64,000 bases of DNA from Azolla caroliniana (GCA_043228905.1 JBHGNT010000011.1:7998001-8062000); one strand, 5' to 3'. Shown: positions 45,989 to 60,256, numbered from the stretch's first letter. Program-made: numbers and translations. Notes: generated from the letters alone by a model not told the origin.

Positions 45989-48900
45989 TGTTGAGAGTCG
46001 AACTCAACTTCCCATAGATAGGTTTCACACTAGCCTGTGGACATGTTGGGCTAGTTTTGTAAATAGTAGAAAGGGCACTTGCCCTAGCTTAGTTGGTATA
46101 TAAACCAACACATTGTAACTTAGTTGTTGTTGGATGTTTTATGCTTTCATGTAATTTTGGTTAATATACAGTTTAGTCCATCTTTGTCTTAAGAGCTTTC
46201 TCTCTCACTCTTTCTCTCTCTCTTGATCACACACACACACACACTCATCTTCCACTGCATTACAACCACTCTTGCCTCCTGATTTCTTTACATGGTATCA
46301 AAGCATGTGGTTGCTTGATCAAGCATTTTCGACTATGTTGTGCTGCACGCCGACGATCAACAGAACTGGCCCATCGACAAAGAAGAAATCACCATGAATA
46401 CTCAAATGGGAAGCGCTCTTCCTATCGAGAACCTCGACAGAACGAATTTTGCATCTTGGGAATACAAGAGGCATCAATACCTTGTCAGACAAGGCTACTG
46501 GAGCTATATCGAAGGAGCACAAAAATCACACCTGAACCCAACACACGAAGACTATCCTTCTTGGGAGGAGGCCGCAAGCCGTGTGTTGTATTGCCTCGCA
46601 TCATGCGTTCATGATCACATGTGTGGCTACATTCAAGAGGCAAAAACGCCAAAGCAGGCATGGGAAAAGCTCAAGAAGAATTTCGCAGCTAATACGGCCG
46701 CACGAAAGCTCCAACTTGAACAGGAGCTGAACAATCTTCAACAAAGGGACATGTCAATTGGTAACTACACCTTAAAGATCAAGGAGTTGTGTGATGCCCT
46801 TGGATCGATCAATGTTAGCATTGACGACGAAGAAAAGGTACAGATATGCCTCGGTGGCTTGGCACCACGTTTTGGCGCAATAAGATCGGCCGTTCTCGCG
46901 AGAGAGAATCCTTCCTCCTTTTTTGATCTCCAATCATTGTTGCTAGTCGAAGAGAATCACGTGCATCAAAGGAATAACGCGCATGACGGACAAATGCTAT
47001 CTTTGAACTTCGATGGAGGAAGAGGAAAAAGTCATGGAAGGAGAGGTTGATTCAGCCAAGACCAACACAACCAAGAGTGTAACTCCCACCAATGGCAAGC
47101 AGACACAAACGGCCCAGAGAGTTCGGCGGAAGGGGGAGTCATCACGCCGGACCAAGCAACCATAGGAACCCAATTGAGTGCGGTTACTGTGGAAAACCCG
47201 GTCACTATGAAGAGGAGTGTCGGAAGAAGAAGCGTGAGCAAGGCTAACAACTAACAAATTACCCCACGAACTCCGACTACGGCGGAATGTTCATAATGAA
47301 GCACGAAGCACACTCAATGTCCGCACTTGCGTCAACTACCGCTTCCACTCCGAACAACATATGGTTTGTCGATTCGGGATCCTGCAATCACATGACGTGC
47401 CATGAAGATTGGTTTCGGGAACTACGGAAGCCCGAACGTCCTGGATATGTCGAAACAAGAGATGACACGGCTCACCCAATACAACATATTGGGAACGTCC
47501 CATTCAGAAACGACGGCAAACAGACCTACCTCAGGAACGTGCTGCATGTCCCTTCCATTACAAAAAACCTGGTCTCAATCGGCCAGATTGTCGCTTCAAC
47601 AATGCCGATACTATGTCACATTCATCGACGAATTCTCCAGGAACACTTGGATCTATCTGATGAAGTAAAACAGGGAAGTGTTCAGCCACTTCCAGACATT
47701 TAAGGTCAAAGTCGAAAAAACTACGGGTCGGCATGTACGTTGTCCTTGATCAGATGGAGGAAGAGAATCTTTTTCGGATGAATTTACAACGTATCTCCGA
47801 AAAGAAGGAATCTGCGAGAGTTCTCATGTTGACACACGCCTCAGCAAAACGGCGTAGTAGAGTGTAAAAATTTCCATATAGTAGAAGTCGCACGACCCAT
47901 GATGAACGACAAGAACTTGCTGAAATCATATTGGGCAGAAGCAGCAAATATGGTCATATATCTCATGAATAGGTGCACAACCTTGGGAGTACACAATATA
48001 ACTCTGCATGAGAAGTTCTTTGGAAATAAGCCGGACTTTTCACATGTCCGCATTTTCGGCTCTATCGCCTACGTACATATTCCCGATGATACGTGGCAAA
48101 AGCTTGACCCAAAGTCAGAGAAATGTATCCTTGTAGGATACTCACTCGAACAGAAGGGGTACAAATGCTACAACCCATCTACCCGTAAGGTTCGAATAAG
48201 TCGAGACGTAGTCTTCTACGAATACGCATCTTGGTACGCACAAGAGAATACTTCGACTCCATCCCCGCTTGACGCGAATGACATTGAAATAGAAATAGAA
48301 GTTGGGGATCGATTCTCACAGATGTTAGAAGACAACCCAATTACGACACGACTAAGTGGGCCATCAGAGCCGCCGAGCGATGAAAGCACATCTCGGTCGA
48401 GTCCGAAGCTGGACAAAGGGAAGGCGAAAATGCGGGAATATGAAGATCAGTTCGAATTCGAATCAACCCACTCCCTTGATAGTGAGTTCGAAGGCCTTGA
48501 CACTGGGACAGACGGCGTGAAGAAAGCTTTAGAATCCGCGAACGAAAATCTATGCCGGTCCACCCGAGAGAAGAACCCCGTAAACCGCTACGGCTACGAC
48601 GAGTACATGGTGTATCACTACGCTTTTATGATGAAAGTAGCATTAGTACGGGAACCGGAAACGATTTTCGAAGCCGCAAAGATCCGCGATGGGTCGACGG
48701 GGTGAATGTGGAGATGGAAGCTCTTGTTCCTCTCCCCCCGAACAAGAAAGCGATTGGCTGCCGATGGATATACAAAGTAAAATACAATGCTGACGGATCC
48801 GCAAACCGATTCAAAGCACGACTCATTGCGAAAGGCTACGTGCAAACGCACGTCATTGACTATGAAGAAACCTTTGCCCCGGTGGCAAAGATGAGAACTG

Positions 48901-51406
48901 TACGTACAATAATTGCACTCGCCGCAGCGAAGGGATGACACCTCCACCAGATGGACATGAAAAATGATTTCCTCCAAGGAGAGTTCGAAGAAGAGGTGTA
49001 CATGATAGAACCACCGGGATTCGAATCGCGTAAGCATCCACACACCGTATGCTAACTCAAGAAGCCACTCTACGGCCTCAAACAAGCCCCGCGTGCTTGG
49101 CACTTGAAGATCACGCAGTATCTTCACCAAGTCGGATTTCAGATGTCAAAATCCAACACTTCTCTGTACACCCGACACGAGTCGGATAGCCTGATCATCA
49201 TCATCCTGTACGTGGATGATTTGGTCATCGGAGGAAAGGATATCGCCGAGATTAACAAAGTCAAATCACTTCTTTCCGGCATATTTGAAATGAAAGACTT
49301 ACACGAGCTCCATTACTTCCTACGTATTGAAGTAATTCGGACACCAGTCGCAATAATGATCTCTCAACAACACTACATTCTCAACTTACTCTACAAGTTC
49401 GGAATGACCGAGTGCAAGCGTGTGTATACCCCTATTGATCATAATCACAAGATCGATGCCAATTCCAGAACCGCTGAGAGCGAGCCGACTCAGTATCGAC
49501 AACTGATCGATAGCTTGATCTATTTGACCATTCCGCGACCCGACCTTACTTATTCGGTTGGCCTACTTAGCCAGTTTATGCAGAATCCGCCAAATCTTCA
49601 TCTGGATTGCGCTAAGAGGATACTTCATTATTTCAGTACGACAATGGACTACGGCATTATGTACAAGACGAATGTGATCATTCGACTCAAACGGTACACA
49701 GACGCGGATTGGGCAGGATATAAAGCGGATAGGCGATCCACATCCGGATTCGTCTTCTCTCTTGGTAGCGGAGCGATCTCCTGGAGTAGTAAGAAGCAAC
49801 GGACTGTCGCACTATCGAGCACGGAAGCCGAATACAGGGGCGCAACAGTCGCCGTATGCGAAGCCGTTTGGCTGAAACGCGTACTAAAGGATCTGGGCGT
49901 AGCCATCAAGGATCCAATTTACCTCTACTGCGACAACATGAGCAGTATCTATGTAGCGTGGAATCCCGTATTCCATGCGCGGACTAAGCATATCGAATTC
50001 CACTACCACTTCCTCCGTGAGCGCGTATAGGCCGGAGAGCTCGACCTACAACACATCAATACGCACCACCAGGTTGTTGATATTTTTACGAAAGCTCTAG
50101 GCATCGACAAGCTCAGGCAATTTGCATCAGACCTTGGTCTCACGACATCTACATTGCCGAGCTTGAGGGGGAGTACACAGCATACGCAGCACGGATAGAA
50201 TACACAACACACAATAAGAAGTGTAAAGCAATAAAGCCGGAATCCGATTCCTTAAATTGAAGTACTCCGAAGACCGAAACAACTTTTCGACAGATGGAAG
50301 TTGTGATAACTTGATCTATTTGACCATTACGCGACCCGACCTTACTTATTCGGTTGGCCTACTTAGCCAGTTTATGCAGGATCCGCCAAATCTTCATCTG
50401 GATTGCACTAAGAGGATACTTCAGTATTTCAGTACGAGAATGGACTATAACATTATGTACAAGACGAATGCGATGATTCTACTCAAAGGGTACATGGACG
50501 TGGATTGGGCAGGATATAAAGCGGACAGGCAATCCACATCCGGATTCGTCTTCTCTCTTCGTAGCGGAATGATCTCTTGGAGTAGTAAGAAGCAATCGAC
50601 TATTGCACTATCGAGCACAGAAGCCGAATACAAGGGCGCAACAGTCACCGCAGGCGAAGCTGTCTGGCTAAAACGCGTACTAGAGGATCTGCGCGTAGCC
50701 ATCAAGGATCCAATTCACCTCTACTGCGACAACATGAGCAGTATCTACGTAGCGTGGAATCCTGTATTCCATGCGCGGACAAAGCATATCGAAGTCCACT
50801 ACCACTTCCTCCGTGAGCGCGTACAGGCCGGAGAGCTCAACCTACAACCCAGCAATACGCACCTCTAGGTTGCTGATATTTTTACGAAAGTTCTAGGCGT
50901 CAACAAGCTCGAGCAATTTGCATCAGACCTTGGTCTCACGAAATCTATATTGCCGAGCTTGAGGGGGAGTACACAGCATACGTAGCAAGAATAGACTACG
51001 CAACACACAAAAAGAAGCGTAAAGCAATAAAGCCGGAATCCAATTCCTTAAATCGAAGTACTCTGAAGACCGAAACAACTTTTCGTTAAATGGAAGTTGT
51101 GTTCGAAGCGGCATGTTGAGATTCGAACTCAACTTCCCATACATAGGTTTCACACTAGCTCATGAACATGTTGGGCTACTTTTGTAAATAGTAGAAAGGG
51201 CACTCACCCTAGCTTAGTTGGTATATAAACCAACGCATTGTAACTTAGTTGTTGTTGGATGTTTTATGCTTTCATGTAATTTTGATTAATATATAGTTTA
51301 GTCCATCTATGTCTTAAGAGCTTTCTCTCTCACTATCTTGATACACACACACACACAATCATCTTCCACTGCATTACAACCACTCTTGCCTCCTCATTTC
51401 TTTACA
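45989..51406 (+). mobile_element. Decayed full-length Ty1/copia element of a second lineage, with an internal 796-bp tandem duplication
   Basis: LTRs 45989-46292 and 51114-51406; TSD ATTAT; PBS TGGTATCAAAGC 46293-46304; gag, PR (WFVDSG), INT, RT (LYVDD) and RNase H fragments with stops and frameshifts. Confidence 0.93.
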
Positions 51407-53391
51407 ATTATGTTAAGGGAATATACAATAGTAGCTACGAGGCTTAAGACTGGCATTGAACCGATTTGGTTCGAAATAATGCCTTGTGCCTCCTTTTATA
51501 GTGTTCTCAGGAGTACTCCTGAAGTTTCTAGAATGTTCTAGAGAAATCTAGAATATACATCAAATTTTTATAGTAAAACTTAAATGAAAATAATATCCTT
51601 CATAATACAATATATAGTCTAATGGTCAAGAGCTCGACCCATGTAACATAACGTCATGGGTTTGAGTCTTGTCGTATCATGACAGGAGGGATCAGATTCC
51701 TAACACTTCCATTTGAGTCGTAACGGCTCCATATAGCTGTTCCGCTCTGACTTCCTTCCGCAGCTGGTTCGGTTGCTCTTCCGGTTATTACTCATCGTTG
51801 ATATTTATGGTTGTTGTTGTTTTCTCCGCTTCTAACCGCCGATATTTATGGTTGTTGTTGTTTTCTCCACTTCTAACCGTTGGCGCTCCCACTCTATTGC
51901 TCGAAATGTAATTGTGTTTTGAGTTTATTATAATCAAGCCTTTTAATCAGCCTCCAGACAGCTTCGAGGTGAGTGTCGGCCAAGTAAAAGAAGTCATTCG
52001 ACAATTCCTCCTAGATGGTGACAATACTTTCTTCATCCATCTTGTAGAAATTGTCATCGTCCTTCCCGTTTTTCGCATCGGCTCGGAGAATCTGTAGTTC
52101 TGCCACTTGCTGCGACTATTGATTCCATAGCTCTGCCGAACACTCGTTGATATTGGTCTTCGTCCGGTTTTTCCATATCATGACTATCAGCTGGATTCGT
52201 TTGATGCCGAGCTTCATGTTGTTCTCCGTGGCCTGCTTCTTGTCCTTAAGCTGTTTGATGAGGGCAGTAGTGGCCTTTGCTTGTACTTCATATTCTACCA
52301 GTTTAGTTTGGTAGGTTGTTTGGACCCTATCCAAAGCCATTTTTGCCCGTTTTAGTTCGTCATAGTGCTTTGCGAAGAGCTGTGTTTTTTCCCTCACTGC
52401 TTCTTCCAACATCTTTGCAATTTAGACAATTGTCCTTTGTTCTTCCGCCAGTGCCTGTATTTTCTTTGCTAGTTCCGTCTGGACTTCCTTCAATTTCCCT
52501 TACTGCCGGTCAAAATCCGGCTCGAGCGTCTTGTGTTCTGCTTCAACTGCTTATGGTCCTGGTGCAGTTTTTCGAAATCCTCCGTTTTCTGTTTTGGCCA
52601 CCAATTTATTTGACAGCGTGCCCGATCCTCTCTCTCCTTTTGTTGCCGGATTTATTCTTTTAGCCATTCTATTTCCGCTTTTGCCATTCTTCAGAGTTTG
52701 TCTATTTCTTGTAGCAGCTTCTCTCTTTCCTCCTTCGGCCGGTCGTTGTTTAATTGACTCTTCTGGAGACTTTCTTCCATTTTCCGTCTTTCTTCTTCGG
52801 TTGTTTTCTTCTGTTCCCTTTCCTTTCCTCTTAATGCTTCTTGAGCGGCGAGTTCCTCCCTTAGTGTTACCATTTCTTGTTTCTGCTCTGCGTCTTTTAC
52901 TGGGGTTGTGCTAGCCTCCGGTTGTGCATCCGTTTCCGAAGCTTCCTTATGTAGATTAGCTAGTGGCACCGACTTTGTTGCTTCACTTGTGCTCGGGCCC
53001 CTATTGGTAATTATGGTCGTGAATTCTTTAGCCCTCTTTAGCTCCTCGTCCAAGCTTCGGATATGTGTCTGGGCCTTCTCCAATTCTTCGATTCTGGCTA
53101 GCAACCGCTCTGCTTGACTTCCTCCCTACCTTTGTTCTTCTTCCATCCGATCAGCCACACCGGATACCTGCTCCCTAAGCCACTTTAACCACTATAAGCA
53201 GGTTTTGTATTGTGTAAGTACAGTGAATGGTTGTACCTGCTCTGACATTCCTTCCTGCTCCTCTCTGAGCCGTTGATTAAACGATGCCTCGTGCTCTGGT
53301 GTCTGCTCCGGTCAGTTTTCCTTATATTGCTACGCTTGATGACCCGGTGAGGTAATTCCTTCTGTAGCCGGTTCCTGTAAATCAGTTGTCT

Positions 53392-56300
53392 TGACAGGAG
53401 TTGCACGCTCCCTATACGCAACGCTCGGCCACAACCGAGCTTAGAATCATACACAGAAAACGGGAAATAGATGTTTGACACAAAAAAGAGAAGAGTACAT
53501 AGGATGTTTACGTGGAAAACCCAAACTAAGGGAAAAACCACGGCAGCCCACAGGCTGCAAACTATCACTATGTTAGAATGTACAACAGTGAGTTCACGGA
53601 GGCAATGACCTCGTGCTCACGATCTTCGCCACAAGCGGCGGTTACAACTGAGGCAACGACCTCTTCCTCTCTCTCACTCTCTCTGTACACAGTTACACGC
53701 TCTGATCTTGCATAGACAAGAATAACGACAACAACAACTAAAAGTTTGCCCTAAGTCATATTTATACTAATATGACTTTTCGGCTATTTGCAAATATGGC
53801 CATGATGGATTCTCAGAAACATATTTATGAATATGTCTCTTCATCCGGTTCTCACCGGGTCTGCACCATTCGGCTCTCCGTAGCCGGGTACTCCTCATCC
53901 GGTCTTCACCGGGTCTGTACCATCCGGCTCTCCGTAGCCGGGTACTCCTCATCCGGTCTTCACCGGGTCTGTACCATCCGGCTCTCTGTAGCCGGGTACT
54001 CCTCATCTGGTCTTCACCGGGTCTGTACCATCCGGCTCTCCGTAGCCTGATACTCGTCATCCGGTTTCGGCCTCGGCCTATCGGCCTGTCTCCCTTCCCA
54101 TCCGGAGGGACCTGTCTCCCAACAAACTCCCCCTTCACTCCGGCATGGGGTGTCTTACCAGTCCGATCCTCTTCCGGCATGCATCCAGCTTGTCGGGTAT
54201 CAACACTTTGGTCAGCATATCTGACACGTTCTCGGCATGTGGATCTTCGTCAGCGCGAACTCCTGGTCATCTACTCTCTCCCAGATCCAGTGATACCGTC
54301 GCTGGATATGCTTCGTCCGGGAATGGTAGGCCGTATTCTTAGCAAGGTGGATGGCACTTTGACTGTTGCAATAGAGTCGGTATTCATCTTGCCGGATACT
54401 GAGCTCTCCGATGAAGTACTTCATCCATAATATTTCCTTGCCGGCTTCCACAACTGCCTTGTACTCCGCCTCCGTGGTTGACAATGCAACCGTCTTCTGC
54501 AGCCTCGACTTCCACGAAACAGCTCCCCCTGCATATGTCATTACATACCCGGATGTAGACCAGCTGGTATCCACATCAGCCGACATGTCCGAATCGGTGA
54601 AACCGTCAAGTTGAGGTTTTCCGGAGCCGAATCGGAGACACATATTTGAAGTACCCTTCAAATAACGGAGTATCCATTTGACCACGTTCCAGTGCTCCTT
54701 GCCGGGATTGCTCATAAACCGGCTCACCACTCCGACTGCGTATCCTATATCCGGTCGGGTACACACCATTGCGTACATCAAGCTCCCGACGGCAGAGGCA
54801 TATGGGATCTTCATCATATCTGCCTTCTCTGCTTTCGTCTTCGGGCTTTTCTTACCGGATAACCTACAGTTTGCCGGAAGTGTCGATCCGACCAGTTTCG
54901 CATCTGACATGTTGAACCGGTGAAGCACCTTTGTCACGTACTTCTCCTGTGACAGCCATAATTGCTTCATTGACCGGTTCCGGATAATATGCATCCCCAG
55001 CATCTGTCTTGCCGGACCCAAGTCTTTCATTGAGAAGGTCCGGTTGAGAGCCTTCTTCAGCATCCGTATTTTGACTTGGTCCCGTCTGACGATCAACATG
55101 TCATCCACATACAGAAGGAGTATCAGGAAGTCACCTCCTTCGAACTTCTTCACAAACACGCAGTGATCAGCCTGCATCTTGTGGTACCCTTGATCGGCCA
55201 TGAAGGAATCGAACTTCCGGTACCATTGCCAGGGGGCCTGCTTCAACCCGTAGAGGCTCTTCTTCAACCGGCAAACCAAGTGCTCCTTCCCTTTCTCCAC
55301 GAATCCTTCCGGTTGCTGGATGTAGATCTCCTCTTCGAGGTTGCCGTGAAGGAATGTTGTCTTCACATCTAGCTACTCTACCTCGAGGTCCATGTTTGCC
55401 GCTATACTCAACACCATTCGGATGGAGGTCATCTTTACTACCGGGGCAAATATCTCGTCGAAGTCCACGCCCTTCTTCTGCTGGAACCCCTTCACCACGA
55501 TCCTGGCTTTGTATCTCGGAGGGTTGCCAGCATCTCCTGGTTTCAACTTGTAGACCCACTGATTTCGGAGTGCCCGCTTTCCTTTCGGCAACTCCACCAA
55601 TTCGTACGTATGGTTCTCCGGCAAGGAATCCATCTCGTCCTGCATGGCACTTAACCATTTTCGGTTGTGAGTGTCATCCTTTGCTTCTTCGAAGCTTTCT
55701 GGCTCCCCCTCATCGGTTAACAACACATGCTCTGCATCCGGAAATCTCTGGGGGGCCCTTCTCTCTCTGAGAGGATATCTCCGTCTCTGGGCTTCGGTAT
55801 CCGGCTCCTCTATTTGCTCTTCATCCGAATCTGATTTGGGGTCTTGGCCGGTTCCGATTTCAGCTTCCTCTACTTCTTCTTCTGCCGGTTCGATATCCTC
55901 ACCGTAACTGGCTGGTTCCTCGAGTGCTAACCGGTATCTTGTCGGTTGGGTCTGTTCATTGTAGAGTCTATCCTTACCGGTCGACTCGACGTTCATTATC
56001 TTCTTCTCTGACTCCCAGTCAGCAAGCGTCTTGTCCTCCATGAAGATAATATCTCGGCTCCGGAATACCTTCTTGTCGACCAGGTTCCACACTCGGTATC
56101 TGAACTCATCGTCACCGTAACTGAGGAATATGCATAGCCGGGTCTTTGGATCTAACTTTCCTCTCCGGTCCTTAGCTACATGCATGTACGCGAGACACCC
56201 GAACACCTTCAGATGCTGGTAGGATACTTCCTTACCGGTACATACTCTCTGTGGCGTGTCTCCATCCAAGGTTACTAAGGGTGATCTATTTATCACATAT

Positions 56301-58847
56301 GTCGCCGTCGACAATGCCTCAGCCCAAAACTTCTTGGGTAGTTTTGCATGCGCTAGCATACTCCGGACCCTCTCCATTATGGTTTGGTTCATCCTCTCAG
56401 CCAGTCCGTTTAGTTCTGGCGTCTTCGGCACGGTAAATTCGAGCTGGATTCCCTTCGAATGGAAATACTCGTCGAACTGCCCTCGGTATTCTCCTCCGTT
56501 ATCTGCTCGAACCGCCTTCAGCTTCCGGCCGGTTTCTCTTTCCACTCTCGCGTGGAGCTCTTTGAAGAAGGATAGCACCTGATCCTTCGTCTTCAACGGT
56601 GTGGCCCACAGCTTCTGGCTGTGGTCATCTATGAAATTCACGAAGTATTGCGATCCTACATGTGACTTCGTGTCCACTTGACATACATCCGTATGCACCA
56701 ACTCCAGTGACGCATTACGTCTCATCGGTGGCCTTGATCGGAAGGAGGTCCGGTTTTGCTTACCGGCCAGACAATCAGTGCACTTCTCCAAGTGCACGTT
56801 CTTCACTAGAATGAGGTTGTCGTCTGCAAGCCTCTTCATCCCCTTCTCGCTCATGTGACACAACCTTTTGTGCCCCGGACATAACCGGACATTCATGAGG
56901 TACAACGTGTTTACCTTTCGGGCCCGAGCCACAATCAGGCTCCCTTTGCTGAACTTCATGACACCGTTCCGGATGCTACCCGTGTAGCCTTCATCATCTA
57001 GCCGACCGGCTGATATCAGGTTCAGTCGAACCTCCAAAACGTGTCGAACATCCTGCATCAACAACTTGCATCCGGTTGGTGTTGACATCCACACGTCTCC
57101 TATGCCGACAATTCGGCATGTACCTTCATTCCCCATCCGGACACAGTCGTGATCACCGGATGAGTAGGATGAGAAGCATTTCCGGTCCGGGGTAAGGTGG
57201 AACGACGCTCCGGAGTCTACCACCCAGGTCATCTCGTCGCCGGCAAGGTTTATCTCACTCTCCTCGGTGATGAGCATAAACTCTTCTTCACTTGCCGCGA
57301 TTGCCGTCGTTCCCTCCGGTCTTTGCCGTTCCGGTCCGGGGTTCGCTTCGAATCGGTACCGTCGGTCTCCTTATCTTTTTGGAAATGCCGATAGTTCTTT
57401 TGGAAGTGTCCCGGCTTGCCGCAATAGAAGCAAGTAGGCGTCCGCCTTGACTTTGACCGTGTCCCCGACTTCTCTCGGTTCTGGGGACTACGGTTTCTAT
57501 GTCTTCTGCGTTCCGATTCAGTAAGGAGCGCTTTGGAGTCGGAGCTCGTATCTTTATCTTTCCAACGCGCTTCCTCATCTAGAAAGCTCGACTTTACTCT
57601 TGCTAGGGATAACCGCTTTCCTTCCGGCCCGGCGTTGCCCAAAGTGACAACCAACGTCTCCCAGCTATCCGGGAGGGAACCGGGCAAGAGTAGTGCTAGT
57701 ACCTCGTCAAGGAGAGGTACTTCCAATGATGTTGCGTGGTGGATCAGCCCCTGGAAGGCATTCATGTGCTCCGCCATGCTGGAGCCATCTTGGTACCGGA
57801 GTCTTACTAGCTTCCGGAATACCGAAACCTGATTAACAACATTTTGGTTTTGAAACATAATGCCGATCTTCTCCCAGAGCTCATGAGCCTTGCGCTCTTC
57901 ATTGAAGTTGTTGTACAGGCTCATGTCGATGATGCATCGTATGTACGCCGTTGTCTTCATGTGCATCAACTCCCATATTGCGGCGTCGATTTTGTCCGGT
58001 CTCTTGTCCCTGAACTGAACCGGCAGCCAGAGGTCTTTAACCACGAGCATGTCCCTCATCTTCGACTTCCACACCGGTGAGCTTGAACATGCCTCCCAAC
58101 GAATCGTCCATTTTTTGTGTCGTTTCGCTCTGATACCACTTGACAGGAGTTGCACGCTCCCTATACGCAACGCTTGGCCACAACCGAGCTTAGAATCATA
58201 CACAGAAAACAAGAAATGGATGTTCGACACAGAAAAGAGAAGAGTACATAGGATGTTTACGTGGAAAACCCAAACTAAGGGAAAAACCACGGCAACCCAC
58301 ATGCTGCAAACTATCACTATGTTAGAATGTACAACAGTGAGTTCACGGAGGCAATGACCTCGTGCTCACGATCTTCACCACAGGCGGCGGTTACAACTGA
58401 GGCAACAACCTCTTCCTCTCTCTCACTCTCTCTGTACACAGTTACACGCTCTAATCTCGCACAGACAAGAATAACGACAACAACAACTAAAAGTTTGCCC
58501 GAAGTCATATTTATACTAATATGACTTTTGGGCTATTTACAAATGTGGCCATGATGGACTCTCAGAAACATATTTACGAATATGTCTCTTCATCCGGTTC
58601 TGACCGGGTCTGCACCATCCGGCTCTCCGTAGCCGGGTACTCCTCATCCGGTCTTCACCGGGTCTGTACCATCCGGCTCTCCGTAGCCGGGTACTCCTCA
58701 TCTGGTCTTCACCGGGTCTGTACCATCCGACTCTCCGTAGCCGGGTACTCCTCATCCGATTTCGGCCTCGGCCTATCGGCCTTGGCCGAGTTTGTTCATC
58801 GGCACTGTTCTTCTCCCTTCCCATCCGGAGAGTCCTATCTCCCAACA
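53392..58847 (-). mobile_element. Full-length, mildly decayed Ty1/copia element
   Basis: LTRs 53392-54124 and 58141-58847; PBS GCTCTGATACCA 58127-58138; PPT after 54124; gag-pol broken into 57250-58108, 55373-57277 and 54212-55366; flanked by AGTTGTC repeats. Confidence 0.95.
53841..54056. repeat. 54-bp tandem repeat in copia U3 (4 copies; 3 copies at 58590-58751)
   Basis: Unit TCATCCGGTCTTCACCGGGTCTGTACCATCCGGCTCTCCGTAGCCGGGTACTCC. Confidence 0.93.
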
Positions 58848-60256
58848 AGTTGTCACCGCTTTTGGTCTTGTTACCAGCTCAGTCTTCGTGCTGTGTTGCA
58901 TCACCGTTGAGTGGGGAATCGGTGTGTTGTCCTTTCTGGACACGATCCTTCCCCATTCTGCTCACTGTTGCGCTTCCTTGGGCGACATTGGAGGGTTTTG
59001 GCTGGTTCTTCCTTAACCTCCTCTTCCGTAGTTTGCTAGTGTACCCTTAGTACCAAGTTCTCCTGGTCCTTGTCATGTCGGCGTAGCTTTATCTTGATCG
59101 GTTTTGTCGTCTTCTCCAAAACTTCCTCCACTAGTTCCTGCCTTCGGTTTGTCGATACTTCCTCTTTCCTTCAAGTCGATTCTCCTATTGTCCAACTAGG
59201 CATGTGTTTTGCTAGGAGCTGTTGCCATTTGGATGACGTATTCGGTGTTGTTTTCGGACGGGCTCGCTTCTTTGGCTTGATGGCACGTGTTGGGGGTACC
59301 AATAGTGTTAGCCATTGTACTAATCCGCCCCATGCCTTCTTCCCATCCATTACGGACGTTATTCCTGCCAATAACGAGTCAGCCACAATCACCTGCTAGT
59401 CCACCTTGAGGCCTTTGAATGTTGCGATTATGAATCCGGCCCTGCTTTTTGGCATGATAGGTGGTCGAGGGTGCATAAATCCATATTCCAACAGGACACG
59501 AGCTATTCCCCGGAATAGGGGATTCTCACCGCCCTGCCCTGTGTTCAGTAAGCCTTGCTAGCTATGAAGTATTGGCCAAAGTACTTGGTCAGGATTTCTG
59601 TGGAAGGATTTTCGATGGAGCACATACCTCTAGCAGGTAACCCGATGAGGGCCCGCACTATGCCTTCGGAGATTTCATCGAGCTCAATCATTGATGCGAC
59701 CTTCTCCGGTTCCTCATGTGGTGGTGCATCCGCTACCCAGATGAATCCTTCCAGGCCATTCTTCATGAGCCAATCTCTAGTAGCGTTCGAGATTGCCATT
59801 AGGCTTGTGTCTTCTTCATGGGCTTCGTTGTTGTGGTTGTGTCCTTGGGCTTGGTTGGTTGCTTGTGCTCTTCTCGAAATCCAGGCGCTCTGTTGTGCTC
59901 TCTAAAATGTGAATACAATACTAGCACACATAGAATATGTGATTTGCCGACCGTGCGCCGTGTTTCTGTTTGTAACTCTAGCCGTGCGCCGTGTATTATT
60001 GTTTCGAATTATATAATATATATCTAGTTTTGGGTCTAATCTGTTCTGGTCCTTGAGATCATTTCTGAAATATAACATCTTGAATTAAGATCCTGTTTTA
60101 CGGCTAACATACGCCGATCGTTTTCTCGGTGCGAATTGGATTGCCCAACAATCCCTCTCTCACCTTGAGCTCCACCACGTACCACAGTCCCCTGATCCGA
60201 TTACCGTAGGAGTAATCAAAGCTGTTGCTTCCAAGAAGGAGACAACACAATTTGGC

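Larger units (their letters stand above)
45521..51684 (-). mobile_element. Chromovirus remnant: gag 5' end, leader and LTR (45778/45809-51684) split by a copia insertion
   Basis: MAIVSTQEY gag start at 45681; degenerate PBS at ~45764-45775; LTR halves 45809-45988 and 51412-51684 match the 430-bp LTR. Confidence 0.85.
51950..59900 (-). pseudogene. Long decayed ORF of unknown function (globular N-part, coiled-coil C-part) split by the 53392-58847 copia; probably a gypsy extra ORF
   Basis: Collinear minus-strand ORF pieces 59545-59799, 59171-59392, 52691-53104 and 52116-52412; the last two are E/K/Q-rich; intronless. Confidence 0.5.

Noticed and set aside
51800-51880. 41-bp direct repeat as a regulatory element
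   Set aside because: A simple two-copy local duplication in decayed TE sequence.
53767-54180. Repetitive ORF (RSTRLRRAGWYRPGED)n as a protein
   Set aside because: It is the translation of the 54-bp LTR tandem repeat.
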